This document shows positions 18,489 to 30,597 of a stretch of 64,000 bases of DNA, piece after piece. The notes beneath the pieces are model-generated. The model was not told the DNA's origin. It did not search any database and worked only from the letters and a program-made list of their open reading frames with translations. Origin of the DNA: an uncultured Acidobacteriota bacterium (GTDB lineage Bacteria > Acidobacteriota > Thermoanaerobaculia > Multivoradales > JAHEKO01); contig CAVQNG010000001.1 of NCBI GenBank assembly GCA_963713825.1, forward strand, positions 350,272 through 414,271, read 5' to 3'. Every line of letters begins with the position of its first letter. Positions within the stretch are counted from its first letter, which is position 1. Position numbers and translations under genes: made by a program.

Positions 18489-20018
18489 CTAGCTACCTCC
18501 CGATTTCGGATCCACTCCGAACTCACTTGGAAAGTACTTCAGTGCGCTGGTCAGGGGCAGAGCGGCGGCCTGCCCGAGTCCGCAGATGCTCGCTTCGCCC
18601 ATCCCCCATGCCACGTCTTGCACATAGGCGAGGGCTTGCCGATCGCCATTGCGGTAACGCTCGAGCGCTTGCCGCAGGATCTGGGTACCAATGCGACAGG
18701 GTGAGCATTGCCCACAGGCCTCCTCTTCGAAGAAGAGGGCCTGGGTCAGGGCGGCGTCAACCATGTCGACCGTGTCGTTGAGCACGACCACTCCCGCAGA
18801 TCCCAGCATGCTGCCAGCGTCGCGAAGGGAGGAGAAGTCCATCGCAACGTCGATGCTGGAGGCGGGCAGGAAGCCACTGGAAGCACCGCCGGGCGAGAAG
18901 GCCTTGAGGTTCCCTGTCACGCCACCCGCCAGATCGAGCAGCTGCCGCATGGTCGTTCCCATGGGGGCCTCGTAGACGCCGGATTTCGCCACGTGCCCCG
19001 ACAGACAATAGAGCTTGGTCCCTGGCTCCGTCAGGCCGAGTTCTCGGAACCAATCACCACCACGGCTCAGGATGCTGTGTAGACAAGCGACCGACTCGAC
19101 GTTCTGAATAAGCGTCGGCTTGCCTCGAAAGCCCTTTTCCACTGGGAAGGGAGGTTTCATCCGCGGCATTCCCCGTTTGCCCTCCAGTGCCTCGAGAAGC
19201 GCTGTCTCCTCGCCGCAAATGTAGGCGCCGTGACCGTCCACGAAGTGCCAGGTGACGTCGTCGTCGATGTGACCAGCGTCCCGAGCTTCCTCGAGCGCTG
19301 TTTCGAGCGCGCGACGAACTCGGCCGAATTCGCCTCGCACGTAGGCATAGACGTGGCGCGCTTGCAGGCACTGGGCGGCGATTGCCAGACCTTCGATGAC
19401 GAGATGGGGCCGTCTGAGAATGACCTCGCGATCCTTGAAGGTTCCGGGCTCGCCCTCGTCGGCATTGAGTACCACGTAGCGGTCTGTCTCTGCTTGTTCG
19501 CGGATCGCCTGCCACTTGATATGAGCAGGGAAGCCAGCTCCGCCGCGACCTGTGAGGCCCGAGCTCTCGAGCTGCCCGACCACCCAGTCAGGCCCCTGGG
19601 AGACGGCCTCCCGAAGCGCTTCGTACTCGGCAGAGTCCGCCGCTTCGAGGTCGATCGCCAAATCAGGGCTACTTGGCGAGCTGTTCGCCTTCGCGATCGG
19701 ACTCTCTTCGGTCGGGTCCCAGGAGGCCGGAGCCTGATCGCAGCGGCCCAAGCAGGAGGCGAAGACAGCTGGCTTGCCCGCAGTAGTCAGCTCCGACATC
19801 AGATTGCGGCAGTCGGAGAGTTGACAGGTCAAGCCCTGACAGACTCGAATTCCCGCCTCGGGTTGCTCGAGGAGAGAGAAAAACGTCGCAACGCCGTAGA
19901 TATCGGCCTCGGGTACCAGCGTCTCGCGGTGGACCTGCGTCGCGACGCCGGTGCGCCGTCCTCCAGCCTCTTCGAGCTTTTCGAGAACCTCTTCACGACG
20001 AGCATTCTTGGGCTGCAT
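18489..20018 (-). CDS. NAD(H)/FMN-binding diaphorase subunit of the FDH (NuoE-NuoF-like fusion)
   Basis: CQGLTC..CLGRC [2Fe-2S]; GRGGAGFP; [12 protein letters not shown]; YICGEETAL; CGQCSPC..C. Confidence 0.9.
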   Translation of the reverse strand: MQPKNARREEVLEKLEEAGGRRTGVATQVHRETLVPEADIYGVATFFSLLEQPEAGIRVCQGLTCQLSDCRNLMSELTTAGKPAVFASCLGRCDQAPASWDPTEESPIAKANSSPSSPDLAIDLEAADSAEYEALREAVSQGPDWVVGQLESSGLTGRGGAGFPAHIKWQAIREQAETDRYVVLNADEGEPGTFKDREVILRRPHLVIEGLAIAAQCLQARHVYAYVRGEFGRVRRALETALEEARDAGHIDDDVTWHFVDGHGAYICGEETALLEALEGKRGMPRMKPPFPVEKGFRGKPTLIQNVESVACLHSILSRGGDWFRELGLTEPGTKLYCLSGHVAKSGVYEAPMGTTMRQLLDLAGGVTGNLKAFSPGGASSGFLPASSIDVAMDFSSLRDAGSMLGSAGVVVLNDTVDMVDAALTQALFFEEEACGQCSPCRIGTQILRQALERYRNGDRQALAYVQDVAWGMGEASICGLGQAAALPLTSALKYFPSEFGVDPKSGGS

Positions 20019-20228
20019 GTTCAGGACTCCCGACTGCGAGTAGGCCTTCAGCTGAGGAGCTCGAGGCTTTTCTCCGAGCGGTTGGCTGACCTCGATTTAG
20101 CGATCGAATCTACCATAACGGCTGTCGATCCTTTGGCCTGTCGGTCGGTAGGCGACCGCGACTCATCACCGGCGGATCAGGGGTCTCGATGGCAGGCAAG
20201 ATCTCTGGTCCGCGATAGAATTGGCTCG

Positions 20229-23200
20229 ATGAGGCGAGAAATCGAGATCTACCGACCCAAGAATCACATTCGAATTGTCACCGCTGGCGCGCTCTTTGAT
20301 GGCCACGACGCGGCGATCAATATCATGCGGAGGCTACTGCAGGCCTCTGGGGCCGAAGTGATCCATCTCGGTCATAACCGGTCGGCAGCTGAGATCGCTG
20401 AATGTGCCATCGAGGAGGATGTGCAGGGGGTCGCCATCACTTCGTACCAGGGCGGACACCTGGAATTCCTCAAGTATCTGCACGACTTGTTGGGAAAATC
20501 CGAGGCCGACATCCGAATCTACGGTGGTGGTGGGGGAACCATCCTTCCCGACGAGATCGAAGAGCTTCATGCCTATGGGATCGATCGGATCTTCTCGCCG
20601 GACGATGGTCGATCTCTCGGCCTGCAGGGGATGATCAATGAGGTCCTGAAGGGTTGCGATTTTCCAACTGTGGAGCCGCCGCTCGAACCGTACCTGACGG
20701 CGCTTCAGGGCAGAAGTGCAAAGGCCGTCGGGCAGATGATCTCGTTGGCTGAGAACTATCCAGACCTCGCACCAGAGATCGACGAGGCTCTGAGTGGACT
20801 AACCGTTGGGGTTTCCACGCCGGTTCTCGGCATCACGGGCACGGGCGGCTCCGGCAAGTCCTCGCTGGTTGACGAGCTGGTTCGCCGGTTCCTGCCGGAT
20901 TTTCAGGACAAGACGATCGCTGTTATCTCTGTGGACCCGTCGAAGCGCAAGAGTGGAGGAGCCCTGCTGGGGGATCGTATTCGAATGAATGCGGTCTACC
21001 ACCCCAGGGTCTACATGCGGTCGTTGGCCACTCGGCAGTCCAATCTGGCGCTCAGCAAGTACGTTCGCGAGTCGATCGAGATCTGCAAAGCCTCGGGGTT
21101 CGATCTGATCATCGTCGAGACTTCTGGAATCGGGCAGTCGGATACCGAAATCGTGGAGCACTCCGATGTTTCGATGTACGTCATGACAGCGGAGTACGGC
21201 GCCGCTACCCAGCTCGAGAAGATCGATATGTTGGACTTTGCCGATCTGATCGTCATCAACAAATTCGACAAGGGGGGCTCTCTGGACGCACTGCGCGACG
21301 TTCGTCGCCAGTTCCGACGCAACCACCAGGCATTCGAAGGAGACGACGAAGAGCTACCGATCTATGGAACGGTGGCGTCTCAATTCAACGATCCGGGCGT
21401 CAACCGGCTCTATGCCGAGCTCTTGAAGTGTCTCGAGGACCAGCAGGGTGAAACGTTCGAGCGGCCTGACTCGGGGACCACCGAGGGTGAGTCCAAACTC
21501 CAGGTCATCCCTCCGGAGAGAGTCCGCTACCTGGCCGAGATCGTCGAAAGTAGCGAATCTCGCGACCGCTTCGTGCAGGAGCAGTCTTCGATCGCCCGGC
21601 GGATGTATCAACTCAACGGCACCATCGAGCTTTTGCGGGCCGAGGTCGGCAGACAGTCTCTCGAGGTTGTCGAGCCCGGTGCCGATCGGGTCGTTCAGGT
21701 CATCGAGCATGAGGAGGCGGAGCCCGCATACCTGAAAGATCTCATCGACCGCTACAACACCCTCGAAGCTAGCCTCGATCCGGAGTGCCGCGAGCTAATG
21801 AAAGGCTGGCCTGCCACTGTCAGAAGGTACCGCGCCGATCGATACCGCTTCCAGGTGCGCGACAAGGTTGTCGAACAGGATCTGTTCACGGTGAGTCTGT
21901 CCGGGACCAGAATCCCCAAGGTGTGCCTGCCGCGATATCAAGATTGGGGTGACGTCCTCGAGTGGTTGCTGACCGAGAACGCGCCAGGGATGTTTCCGTT
22001 TGCAGCCGGCGTTTTTCCCTTGAAACGAATGGGCGAGGACCCGACTCGGATGTTTGCCGGCGAAGGGGGGCCCGAGGCGACGAACCGTCGTTTTCACTAC
22101 CTCTCCAAGGATATGCCGGCCAAACGACTGTCGACAGCCTTTGATTCGGTAACGCTCTACGGGGAGGACCCCGATCGCCGGCCCGACATCTACGGCAAGA
22201 TCGGTAATTCGGGAGTCAGCATCGCTACCGTGGACGATGCCAAGAAACTGTACTCGGGTTTCGACCTGGCTGATCCGAATACCTCCGTCTCGATGACGAT
22301 CAACGGTCCAGCACCAATGATCCTGTCCTTCTTCATGAATGCGGCGATCGACCAACAGTGCGAGCGATACGTTCGCGAGCAAGGCCAGGAGAAGGCGGTT
22401 GAGGAGCGGATCGAAGCGATCTACGCCGAGAAAGCACAGCCTCGACCCCAATACCAGGGTTCGCTGCCGCCAGGCAGCGATGGTCTGGGTCTTCTGCTGC
22501 TCGGGGTGAGCGGTGATCAGGTGCTCGATCGAGAGGTCTACGAACGGATCAAGGCCGATTCGCTCAAGCGGGTCCGCGGTACGGTGCAGGCCGATATTCT
22601 GAAAGAAGACCAGGCGCAGAACACCTGCATCTTCTCGACTGAGTTCGCGCTGCGGATGATGGGGGATATCCAGGAGTACTTCATCGAGCAGGGTGTGAGG
22701 AACTTCTATTCCGTCTCCATCTCGGGGTATCACATTGCCGAAGCAGGGGCCAACCCGGTGACCCAGTTGGCCTTTACGTTGGCCAACGGATTCACCCTCG
22801 TCGAGTATTACCTCTCTCGAGGCATGCCTATCGACGACTTCGCTCCCAACCTGTCCTTCTTCTTCTCGAATGGCATGGATCCGGAGTACTCGGTGATTGG
22901 GCGGGTGGCACGCCGCATCTGGGCCAAGGCGATGCGACTGAAGTACGGTGCCAACGAGCGCTCTCAGAAGCTCAAGTATCACATTCAAACTTCAGGCAGG
23001 AGCCTGCACGCCCAGGAGATTGCGTTCAACGACATCAGAACCACACTGCAGGCGCTGTACGCCATTTACGACAATTGCAACTCCTTGCATACCAATGCCT
23101 ATGACGAGGCCATTACAACGCCCACAGAGGAGAGTGTACGGCGGGCAGTGGCCATTCAGTTGATCATCAACAATGAGTTGGGTCTGGCCACGAACGAGAA

Positions 23201-23675
23201 CCCGCTACAGGGGTCGTTCGTGATCGAGGAGTTGACGGACCTGGTTGAAGAAGCCGTCCTCAACGAATTTCGAAGTCTTTCAGAACGAGGCGGCGTCCTC
23301 GGAGCCATGGAGAGAATGTACCAGCGGACGAAGATCCAGGAAGAGTCGCTATCCTACGAGTCTCTGAAGCACAGCGGGGAGCTGCCCATTATCGGAGTCA
23401 ATACGTTCCTGAATCCCGAAGATTCGGCGACGCGGGTGCCACATGAAGTGAGGCGGTCGACGGAGGAGGAGAAGGACTACGCGATTCAATCTCGGCAGGC
23501 ATTCAGTCAGCGCAACACGCCAGAGGGAGCCGCGGCTCTGCAGCGTTTGCAGGAAGTGGCTGTCGAACAGGGCAATATCTTCGAGGCGCTCATGGAGGTG
23601 GGAAAGATCTGCAGCCTCGGTGAGATATCCAACGCTCTCTACGAGGTCGGTGGCCAGTATCGGCGGAACATGTGA
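20229..23675 (+). CDS. icmF: Fused isobutyryl-CoA mutase/GTPase
   Basis: N-terminal DGHD B12 domain; GTGGSGKSS MeaB-like domain; mutase barrel with TRMFAGEG (Phe). Confidence 0.93.
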   Translation: MRREIEIYRPKNHIRIVTAGALFDGHDAAINIMRRLLQASGAEVIHLGHNRSAAEIAECAIEEDVQGVAITSYQGGHLEFLKYLHDLLGKSEADIRIYGGGGGTILPDEIEELHAYGIDRIFSPDDGRSLGLQGMINEVLKGCDFPTVEPPLEPYLTALQGRSAKAVGQMISLAENYPDLAPEIDEALSGLTVGVSTPVLGITGTGGSGKSSLVDELVRRFLPDFQDKTIAVISVDPSKRKSGGALLGDRIRMNAVYHPRVYMRSLATRQSNLALSKYVRESIEICKASGFDLIIVETSGIGQSDTEIVEHSDVSMYVMTAEYGAATQLEKIDMLDFADLIVINKFDKGGSLDALRDVRRQFRRNHQAFEGDDEELPIYGTVASQFNDPGVNRLYAELLKCLEDQQGETFERPDSGTTEGESKLQVIPPERVRYLAEIVESSESRDRFVQEQSSIARRMYQLNGTIELLRAEVGRQSLEVVEPGADRVVQVIEHEEAEPAYLKDLIDRYNTLEASLDPECRELMKGWPATVRRYRADRYRFQVRDKVVEQDLFTVSLSGTRIPKVCLPRYQDWGDVLEWLLTENAPGMFPFAAGVFPLKRMGEDPTRMFAGEGGPEATNRRFHYLSKDMPAKRLSTAFDSVTLYGEDPDRRPDIYGKIGNSGVSIATVDDAKKLYSGFDLADPNTSVSMTINGPAPMILSFFMNAAIDQQCERYVREQGQEKAVEERIEAIYAEKAQPRPQYQGSLPPGSDGLGLLLLGVSGDQVLDREVYERIKADSLKRVRGTVQADILKEDQAQNTCIFSTEFALRMMGDIQEYFIEQGVRNFYSVSISGYHIAEAGANPVTQLAFTLANGFTLVEYYLSRGMPIDDFAPNLSFFFSNGMDPEYSVIGRVARRIWAKAMRLKYGANERSQKLKYHIQTSGRSLHAQEIAFNDIRTTLQALYAIYDNCNSLHTNAYDEAITTPTEESVRRAVAIQLIINNELGLATNENPLQGSFVIEELTDLVEEAVLNEFRSLSERGGVLGAMERMYQRTKIQEESLSYESLKHSGELPIIGVNTFLNPEDSATRVPHEVRRSTEEEKDYAIQSRQAFSQRNTPEGAAALQRLQEVAVEQGNIFEALMEVGKICSLGEISNALYEVGGQYRRNM

Positions 23676-23697
23676 TGCGAGCGGAGCAGGAGTTCTG

Positions 23698-26600
23698 ATG
23701 GCAGCGTCGGAAGAAGGGTTCCCTCCGATCTCGTACGCCGATTGGCGCCGCCGCGTCGACTCCGAGCTACGCGGCGCAGACTTTGCCACCGCGCTGACCT
23801 CGACAGGCTCCGAGGGTTTCAGTGTCGATCCGCTGTTTACCTCGAAGTACCCCACACAGTCTGCAAACAGGGATTCGGTCAGCTGGTCGAAGTCTAGGAT
23901 CGGCTCTCTGCATCGTTGGAGGGAGTCCCAAGGCTCTACCTCAGGCAGTCGCGTGCTCTGCCAGGAGTATGGTGATGACGATCCGGTCGAAATCAACCGG
24001 AGGCTGGGAGGGGATCTGGCTGGCGGCTCGACGGGTGCCTGGCTGCACCTCGGAGCCAGAGGCTCTGCGATCTCGAGCTTGGAGGAGTTTGACGTCGCCA
24101 CGAAGAAGCTACCCATTGCACCCAGCCTCTGGATGTTCTCGGTCGAAGGGGATCTCCCAACGTCGGCTGCTCTTGCGAGTGAGGCGTTCGAATCCCGTAG
24201 GGAGAGCGCCAGTGACCCGACTGTCGTGTTGAGGTTGGATCCTCTCTCAGGTCTTGGGGAGGATGCGTCGCCATCGTCAGGTCTGGATGAGGCAACGGGC
24301 GTCTTGGCGCGGGTTGTCGAGCGCTTCGGGAAGCGGTTTCCGAACTCTCGGTCCATTGTCGTATCGACAGTTGCCCTAGGCGCTGACATTTCGAGCCTGG
24401 TTCAAGAGCTCGGCCTGGCGACGGCTTCGGCAGCCCGGTACCTTCGCTACCTTGAAGATGAAGGACTGGAGAAGGCCGCAACAGCGTCGCAACTGGGTTT
24501 CTCCTTTGGTATCGGCTGCGAGGTCTTCTCAGAGATTGCCAAGCTGCGTGCAATCCGCCTCCTCTGGAGCAGGCTTCTTCTGGAAGAGGGCGTAACCGAG
24601 CCGTCAGAACCTTGGATCCACGCCGTTTGCGGCGCTGGTGGGGAGACGTTGGAGGCTGAGGCGTGGCGGCATCTGCTGCGAAGCACGACGTCCACCTTTG
24701 CAGCGATCTCGGGAGGTGCTGATGTCATCAGCTCGATTCCCTTTGCCCTGGGAGACGAACCGCACCAAGATCGTCTGGCACGAAACATCCAGCTGATCCT
24801 TGCTGAAGAGTGCTCTCTCGAGGCAGTCACAGATCCCGGCGCTGGCTCCTACTATCTCGAGTGGCTGACCGAGGAGCTCGCGCAGCAAGCCTGGGATTTC
24901 TATCGACAAATCGACAGTCGCGGTGGACTCCCACCGTCGAACCGCAGGGGACGCAGTCTGGAAGACTCGGCTAGCGGACCTGAGACGGAAGCTGGACTCG
25001 AGTCGCGTCCTCTCGACGGAGTGCCCTACACGGACACAATGCCCGGCTTCCCGCCCTTTTTGCGTGGCCCATATCCGACGATGTACGTTCGGCGACCGTG
25101 GACGATCCGACAGTACGCCGGGTTCTCGACAGCGGAGGAATCGAACGCATTCTATCGCCGCAACCTGGCGGGCGGGCAGAAGGGGCTGTCGATCGCATTC
25201 GACCTGCCAACCCACCGCGGCTACGACTCTGACAACCCCCGGGTTGCCGGAGACGTTGGTATGGCAGGCGTCGCCATCGACTCGATTCTCGACATGCGAA
25301 TCCTCTTCGAGGCCATACCGCTCGACAAGATGAGCGTTTCGATGACCATGAACGGTGCGGTTCTTCCTGTGATGGCCCTCTTCATCGTGGCTGCGGAGGA
25401 GCAGGGCGTGGCACCACAACGGCTCTCAGGGACGATTCAGAACGACATCCTGAAGGAGTTCATGGTCCGCAATACCTACATCTATCCCCCGTCTGATTCG
25501 ATGCGGATCGTTCGCGACATCATCTCCTATTGTGCCGTGCACATGCCGAAGTTCAATAGCGTTTCGATCTCCGGGTATCACATGCAGGAGGCGGGCGCGT
25601 CGGCCGATCTCGAGCTGGCCTATACCCTCGCCGACGGCTTGGAGTACATCCGGACAGGTCTCAGCGCTGGACTCGGGATCGATGATTTCGCTCCCCGGTT
25701 GTCCTTCTTCTTCGGCATCGGGATGGACTACTTCACGGAAGTGGCCAAGCTCCGAGCCGCGCGCCTGCTGTGGGCCGAGCTCGTGCAGGATTTCGAACCA
25801 CGGGATCCCCGCTCCTTGATGTTGCGCACTCACTGTCAGACATCTGGCTGGTCCCTCGCGGCCAAGGACGTTTTCAACAACGTATCCCGGACGTGTATCG
25901 AAGCCATGGCGGCGGTGCACGGGCAGACCCAGTCCTTGCACACGAATTCATTCGACGAAGCCCTCGCTTTGCCGACGGACTTCTCGGCTCGGATCGCCCG
26001 CGAGACACAGATTCTCTTGCGAGACGAGTCAGGTACCTGCCGTGTGATCGATCCTTGGGGTGGTAGCCACTTCGTCGAGAAGCTGACCCATGACCTGGCG
26101 GCCAAGTCCAGAGATCTGATTACCGAGGTCGAGCGAATGGGTGGAATGGTCAAGGCTGTCGAAGCCGGCCTACCGAAGCTTCGAATCGAGGAGGCCGCAG
26201 CCCGCACACAGGCGAGGATCGATTCCGGCCGCCAGCCCATCATCGGCGTCAACAAATACATCTCGAGCGTGCCGGATTCGGTCGAGGTCCTGAGCGTCGA
26301 CAATCAAGTCGTCAGACAGACGCAGATCGATCGACTCGTTCGCCTCCGTGCGACCCGAGATGACAAGCTGGTCGAAACCGCTCTTAGGGAGCTGACAGAG
26401 GCCGCAAAGTCGAACGATGCGAACCTCCTTGACCTCGCTGTCCGTGCGGCAAGAGCCTGGGCTACCGTGGGAGAGATCTCTGCCTGTCTCGAGGAAGTCT
26501 TCGGTAGACATCATCCGACGAGTCGTGTGGTCGGCGGGGTGTACAGTAAGGAGATGGGTGAAGGTCGAACCGAGGTCGAAACCGTTCGCAGTCGGGTAGA

Positions 26601-27024
26601 GGAGTTCCTCGCTCGGGAAGGGCGTCGGCCCAGAATCCTGGTCGCCAAAGTCGGCCAGGATGGGCATGATCGAGGTCAAAAGGTCATCGCGAGTGGCTTC
26701 TCTGACCTCGGCTTCGACGTTGATATAGGGCCACTATTCCAGACTCCCGCAGAAGTCGCCAGGCAGGCGGTGGAGAACGACGTGCATATCGTCGGCGTGA
26801 GCTCGCTCGCCGCCGGGCATGCGAGTCTCGTTCCGAGCTTGTGCCGAGAACTGGAAGATCTGAGTCGCAGCGACATTCTGGTCGTGGTCGGAGGAGTCGT
26901 GCCCGAGAAGGATCAACCATCTCTGCTCGCAGCCGGGGCCAGTGCAGTCTTCGGTCCCGGCACACCGATTCCGACAGCGGCAGCGGAATTGCTGGATAGC
27001 CTCGAGAACATGGTTCAGGAATGA
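23698..27024 (+). CDS. Methylmalonyl-CoA mutase: degenerate small-subunit barrel fused to the catalytic large subunit
   Basis: N-terminal ~430 aa MutA-like ([32 protein letters not shown]); then [17 protein letters not shown] and a C-terminal DGHDRG. Confidence 0.88.
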   Translation: MAASEEGFPPISYADWRRRVDSELRGADFATALTSTGSEGFSVDPLFTSKYPTQSANRDSVSWSKSRIGSLHRWRESQGSTSGSRVLCQEYGDDDPVEINRRLGGDLAGGSTGAWLHLGARGSAISSLEEFDVATKKLPIAPSLWMFSVEGDLPTSAALASEAFESRRESASDPTVVLRLDPLSGLGEDASPSSGLDEATGVLARVVERFGKRFPNSRSIVVSTVALGADISSLVQELGLATASAARYLRYLEDEGLEKAATASQLGFSFGIGCEVFSEIAKLRAIRLLWSRLLLEEGVTEPSEPWIHAVCGAGGETLEAEAWRHLLRSTTSTFAAISGGADVISSIPFALGDEPHQDRLARNIQLILAEECSLEAVTDPGAGSYYLEWLTEELAQQAWDFYRQIDSRGGLPPSNRRGRSLEDSASGPETEAGLESRPLDGVPYTDTMPGFPPFLRGPYPTMYVRRPWTIRQYAGFSTAEESNAFYRRNLAGGQKGLSIAFDLPTHRGYDSDNPRVAGDVGMAGVAIDSILDMRILFEAIPLDKMSVSMTMNGAVLPVMALFIVAAEEQGVAPQRLSGTIQNDILKEFMVRNTYIYPPSDSMRIVRDIISYCAVHMPKFNSVSISGYHMQEAGASADLELAYTLADGLEYIRTGLSAGLGIDDFAPRLSFFFGIGMDYFTEVAKLRAARLLWAELVQDFEPRDPRSLMLRTHCQTSGWSLAAKDVFNNVSRTCIEAMAAVHGQTQSLHTNSFDEALALPTDFSARIARETQILLRDESGTCRVIDPWGGSHFVEKLTHDLAAKSRDLITEVERMGGMVKAVEAGLPKLRIEEAAARTQARIDSGRQPIIGVNKYISSVPDSVEVLSVDNQVVRQTQIDRLVRLRATRDDKLVETALRELTEAAKSNDANLLDLAVRAARAWATVGEISACLEEVFGRHHPTSRVVGGVYSKEMGEGRTEVETVRSRVEEFLAREGRRPRILVAKVGQDGHDRGQKVIASGFSDLGFDVDIGPLFQTPAEVARQAVENDVHIVGVSSLAAGHASLVPSLCRELEDLSRSDILVVVGGVVPEKDQPSLLAAGASAVFGPGTPIPTAAAELLDSLENMVQE

Positions 27025-27082
27025 GTTCTCCACTGGTCCACAATTCTGCGGCCGAAGGTCTGTCGAGCCGAGGGCTTGGCGA

Positions 27083-28096
27083 GTGAAGAACTCCCAAGCT
27101 TCAGATCGACGGACGTTGAGTGTCGATGAGTACGTCGAGGGCATCCGGCGCGGCAGCCGCAGGATCCTTGCACAAGCCATCACGCTGGCAGAGAGCCAGC
27201 AAGAGGCAGACGGCCAACAGACACAGGAAATTCTCAAACAGCTGGTTCCTTTTACGGGGGAGTCGCACCGGATCGGGATCAGTGGCATCCCGGGTGTCGG
27301 TAAGAGCACTTTGATCGATGCTCTGGGGATGCGGCTCGTCGAGTCGGAGCATCGAGTAGCGGTACTGGCAGTCGATCCTTCGAGCTCTCTGTCTGGGGGC
27401 AGCATTCTCGGCGACAAGAGCCGCATGCCCCGATTGGCTTCCGCCGATGGCGCCTTCATCCGCCCCTCGCCCAATGCTCAGAGCCTCGGTGGAGTGACCC
27501 TGAGGACGCGCGAAAGCATGCTCCTTTGCGAGGCTGCCGGGTACGACGTTGTTTTGGTCGAGACCGTGGGTGTCGGTCAATCCGAAACCATGGTTGCGAA
27601 TCTGGTGGACACCTTCTTGCTCCTCATGCTTCCCGGAGCGGGGGACGAGTTGCAGGGCCTCAAGAAGGGTATCGTCGAGCTCGCTGACATCATCGCGGTC
27701 AACAAGGCGGACAATGACAACCTGGCGAAAGCGCGGATAGCCCAGCAGGAGTACATGGCGGCTCTGCACTACCTGGCGGACAAGGATGGGACATGGTCTC
27801 CTCCGGTGCTGACCGTGAGCGCCCAGACCGGCGACGGTCTCTCAGAGCTCTGGCACAGCCTGAGAGAGCACCGAACGATGCTTGTGGCGACGGGCGGTCT
27901 CGAATCGAAGCGGCAGGAACAGCTTAAAGACTGGATATGGACAGTGATCGAGGAGCGCCTCCTGAGCACCTTTCGATCGGATCCAGAAGTTCAGAAGCGA
28001 CTTCGCGAGATCCAAATAGAAGTGGGCCAGGGGCGGCTCACTGCCTCAGTGGGCGCTGACGAACTGGTCCGCATCTACCGAGAAACCGGCGATTGA
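27083..28096 (+). CDS. meaB: Mutase-associated GTPase MeaB/ArgK
   Basis: GIPGVGKST, VDPSS..GGSILGDK, ETVGVGQSE, NKAD; start approximate. Confidence 0.93.
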   Translation: MKNSQASDRRTLSVDEYVEGIRRGSRRILAQAITLAESQQEADGQQTQEILKQLVPFTGESHRIGISGIPGVGKSTLIDALGMRLVESEHRVAVLAVDPSSSLSGGSILGDKSRMPRLASADGAFIRPSPNAQSLGGVTLRTRESMLLCEAAGYDVVLVETVGVGQSETMVANLVDTFLLLMLPGAGDELQGLKKGIVELADIIAVNKADNDNLAKARIAQQEYMAALHYLADKDGTWSPPVLTVSAQTGDGLSELWHSLREHRTMLVATGGLESKRQEQLKDWIWTVIEERLLSTFRSDPEVQKRLREIQIEVGQGRLTASVGADELVRIYRETGD

Positions 28097-28250
28097 TGCT
28101 AGGGAGTTCGGGCTGCCGTTGACAGCCCCAGGCCTGAGCGGGTACGGTCTCACCCAGGCGCTGAAACCAGATCTCGGCAGCTTCGGTTTGGTGGCCAGGC
28201 GCACTGATGGTAGAGATATTGAAGAAGGTTCTTTGACTCGGGAGAATGGG

Positions 28251-28754
28251 TTGAGCAAGCGGCGAAGAGCGCGAGAGATGGCCATCCAGATGCTCTATCA
28301 GAGCGACATGGGGCAGGAGTCCTGTGACAGGGTTCTGACGGACTTCAAGCCGGGTGACTACCTGAGTGAGGAAAGCGATGAGACTCCTGCGGAATCTCTG
28401 CGAGCGGTACCCGCTGTCGACTCGTCTGTTCGTAATGAGGCAGAGCTCGACAGCGCCCTGGAGTATGCCAAGACTCTCGTACGAGGTACGCTGGAGCATC
28501 TGGAGCATATCGACAAGCTGATACGCCAGCAGGCCGAGCACTGGAGGTTGGAGCGGATGCCGCCAGTCGATCGCAACATCCTGAGGCTCGCCGTGTATGA
28601 GTTCCTCTTCGAGGCCGACGTTCCCAAACTCGTCATTTTGGACGAAGCCATCGAGCTTGCAAAAGAGTTTGGCACCGAGCAGTCCGGGCGTTTCGTGAAC
28701 GGCGTTCTCGACGGAATACTCAAGAGTCATAGCTTGCCAGGGAGCCTCACTTGA
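28251..28754 (+). CDS. nusB: Transcription antitermination factor NusB
   Basis: RRRARE.AIQMLY, DRNILRLAVYE, EAIELAKEF, FVNGVLD; TTG start after GGAG. Confidence 0.95.
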   Translation: MSKRRRAREMAIQMLYQSDMGQESCDRVLTDFKPGDYLSEESDETPAESLRAVPAVDSSVRNEAELDSALEYAKTLVRGTLEHLEHIDKLIRQQAEHWRLERMPPVDRNILRLAVYEFLFEADVPKLVILDEAIELAKEFGTEQSGRFVNGVLDGILKSHSLPGSLT

Positions 28755-28800
28755 GCGATTTCACAAGCGGCAGCCTGGCTTCGGGACTGCGGAGGTCGAA

Positions 28801-29322
28801 TTGAAACAGAGAATCCTTCTGACGCTACTGGCGCCGGCTCTCCTCGGGCTACTCGGCTGTGGTTACGGGCTGATGGGCCGGACCAGCAATTTGCCCGAAG
28901 ACGTGACCCATATCTTCGTGGAAACTCTGCAGAACCGGACCACGCGATCTCGGATCGAGCTGCAGCTGACGCAATCCATCATCGACGAGCTGGTAACCCG
29001 ACGACGCTACACGATCGTGCGGAGCAAAGCGGAGGCCGATGCCATCCTGAGCGGTGCGCTGACCTCCTTTATTGTCAGGCCGGTGCAATTCGGGGCGGAT
29101 GGGCGGGCCACGGACTACGAGATCACGATTCGGGCAGATATGGATCTGATCCGAACAGGCTCGGACGAGGTCCTATGGGGCCAGGATGACTACATGTTCA
29201 AAGGTGACTACGCGTTGGAGCTCGGAGAGAACACGGTGTTCGACTTCGAGGACGCTACCATCGCGGTTGTAGGGCGAGAGTTCGCTCAATCGGTTGTCAT
29301 CGATTTGATGGAAGGGTTCTAG
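28801..29322 (+). CDS. lptE: LPS assembly lipoprotein LptE-like
   Basis: Lipobox LLGCGY; ADAILSG; size and location next to rpsT. Confidence 0.8.
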   Translation: MKQRILLTLLAPALLGLLGCGYGLMGRTSNLPEDVTHIFVETLQNRTTRSRIELQLTQSIIDELVTRRRYTIVRSKAEADAILSGALTSFIVRPVQFGADGRATDYEITIRADMDLIRTGSDEVLWGQDDYMFKGDYALELGENTVFDFEDATIAVVGREFAQSVVIDLMEGF

Positions 29323-29351
29323 GAAGGCCCTTCGTTCCAGACAGAATCTCC

Positions 29352-29391
29352 AAAAAAGAAAACGCCTCGGGGCCGTGGGCCTCGAGGCGTT
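29352..29391 (-). terminator. Terminator of rpsT (between convergent genes)
   Basis: AACGCCTCGGGGC..GCCTCGAGGCGTT hairpin with an A-run on the left. Confidence 0.75.
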
Positions 29392-29418
29392 GGTCATTGC
29401 GAGCTAACAAGCGCTGAG

Positions 29419-29688
29419 TTAGCTGGTCTCTAGATTCGCCACAGCCTGCGACAACCGCGACTTGGTCCGCGCGGCGGCGTTGCGGTGGATGATCTTCTTT
29501 TGGGCTGTCGTGTCGATCAACTTGAGAGTGTCGGGTAGGAGCTCTTGAGCTTTACTGACATCTCCGGCACTCACAGCTTCTCGTAGCTGCCGGACCGCCC
29601 GACGCATGCGAGACCGCTGCGATCGATTGCGATCCCTATCGCGCTCTGTCTGGCCGATTCGTTTCTCGGCTGATTTGATATTCGCCAT
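29419..29688 (-). CDS. rpsT: 30S ribosomal protein S20
   Basis: MANIKSAEKR..IIHRNAAARTKSRL. Confidence 0.97.
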   Translation of the reverse strand: MANIKSAEKRIGQTERDRDRNRSQRSRMRRAVRQLREAVSAGDVSKAQELLPDTLKLIDTTAQKKIIHRNAAARTKSRLSQAVANLETS

Positions 29689-29778
29689 CTACACCGTTCC
29701 TTTTCGAGTCTGCCTTGGATTGGATTTCTTGGCCACCGCGCGCGATTGGCGCGACGGCGGGGCAGTGTAGCCCGATCC

Positions 29779-30582
29779 CTATCCCGAGTCAACTCCGAGA
29801 GCGGCCAGTCGCTGTCGAGCCAGATTCGCTTCGTCGGTCCGCGGGTATTCACGAATTACATGCTGTAGCTGCAAGATTCCCTGTTCGCTCTCACCCAGCT
29901 CCAAGTAGGCATAGCCCTTCTTGAGCAGCGCGCTGGCCAACTTGTCGCTGCGCGGGTAGCGGCGAAGAATGGAGTCGAACTCGCGAATGGCCTGCTGATA
30001 CTTGGCCTGGCTGAAGAACGACTCGCCGATCCAATAGGCCGCATTGTCGGCCAGCTCGGTATCGGGGAAAGTCTCCAGATACTGCCTGAACCCCAGAATC
30101 GCCAGATCGTAGTTTCCCCGAAGATAATCGTTGTAGGCTGTTTGGTACAGGGATTGGGGATCCGACGGCGGGGTCATCGGCGGCTGAGAAGTTTCGGCCG
30201 GACCCCCGGTAGCACCGAGGGTCGTCCGTACGGACTTGAGCTCTTGATTCGTGGCAGCGATCTGCTGCGACAGCTGAGAGAGCCGATAGTTCGTGTCCTC
30301 GAGATTCGCCTCCAGCTGGTCGATCTGCATGGAGAGATTCTGCACCGCGACCTGAACGTCTGCTTCGGACTTCAGGAGAGACTCGGTGTGAGCCGAGATC
30401 TGTAGCTGAAGATCGCCGACCTCCTCCTTGCTGGAGGTCTGCTTCTGAAGCACAAGAACCTGCCGCTGAATGTCGGAGAGTTGGGTATGCAACTCCTCGA
30501 TGTCGCTGCTGGAAACGCAGGCACCGAGGAGGAGCGGTAGCACAAGAAGGAACAGTGGTCTTGACACTTTCACGATCGTCAC
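29779..30582 (-). CDS. cpoB: Tol-Pal associated CpoB/YbgF
   Basis: Lipoprotein-like signal, coiled coil, TPRs (LADNAAYWIGESFF); follows pal. Confidence 0.92.
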   Translation of the reverse strand: MTIVKVSRPLFLLVLPLLLGACVSSSDIEELHTQLSDIQRQVLVLQKQTSSKEEVGDLQLQISAHTESLLKSEADVQVAVQNLSMQIDQLEANLEDTNYRLSQLSQQIAATNQELKSVRTTLGATGGPAETSQPPMTPPSDPQSLYQTAYNDYLRGNYDLAILGFRQYLETFPDTELADNAAYWIGESFFSQAKYQQAIREFDSILRRYPRSDKLASALLKKGYAYLELGESEQGILQLQHVIREYPRTDEANLARQRLAALGVDSG

Positions 30583-30597
30583 CTGTCCTATCAGCCG

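Noticed and set aside
19230-20228. 333-aa N-terminal extension making IcmF 1481 aa
   Set aside because: Mostly antisense to the diaphorase gene; recognisable IcmF sequence begins near 20229
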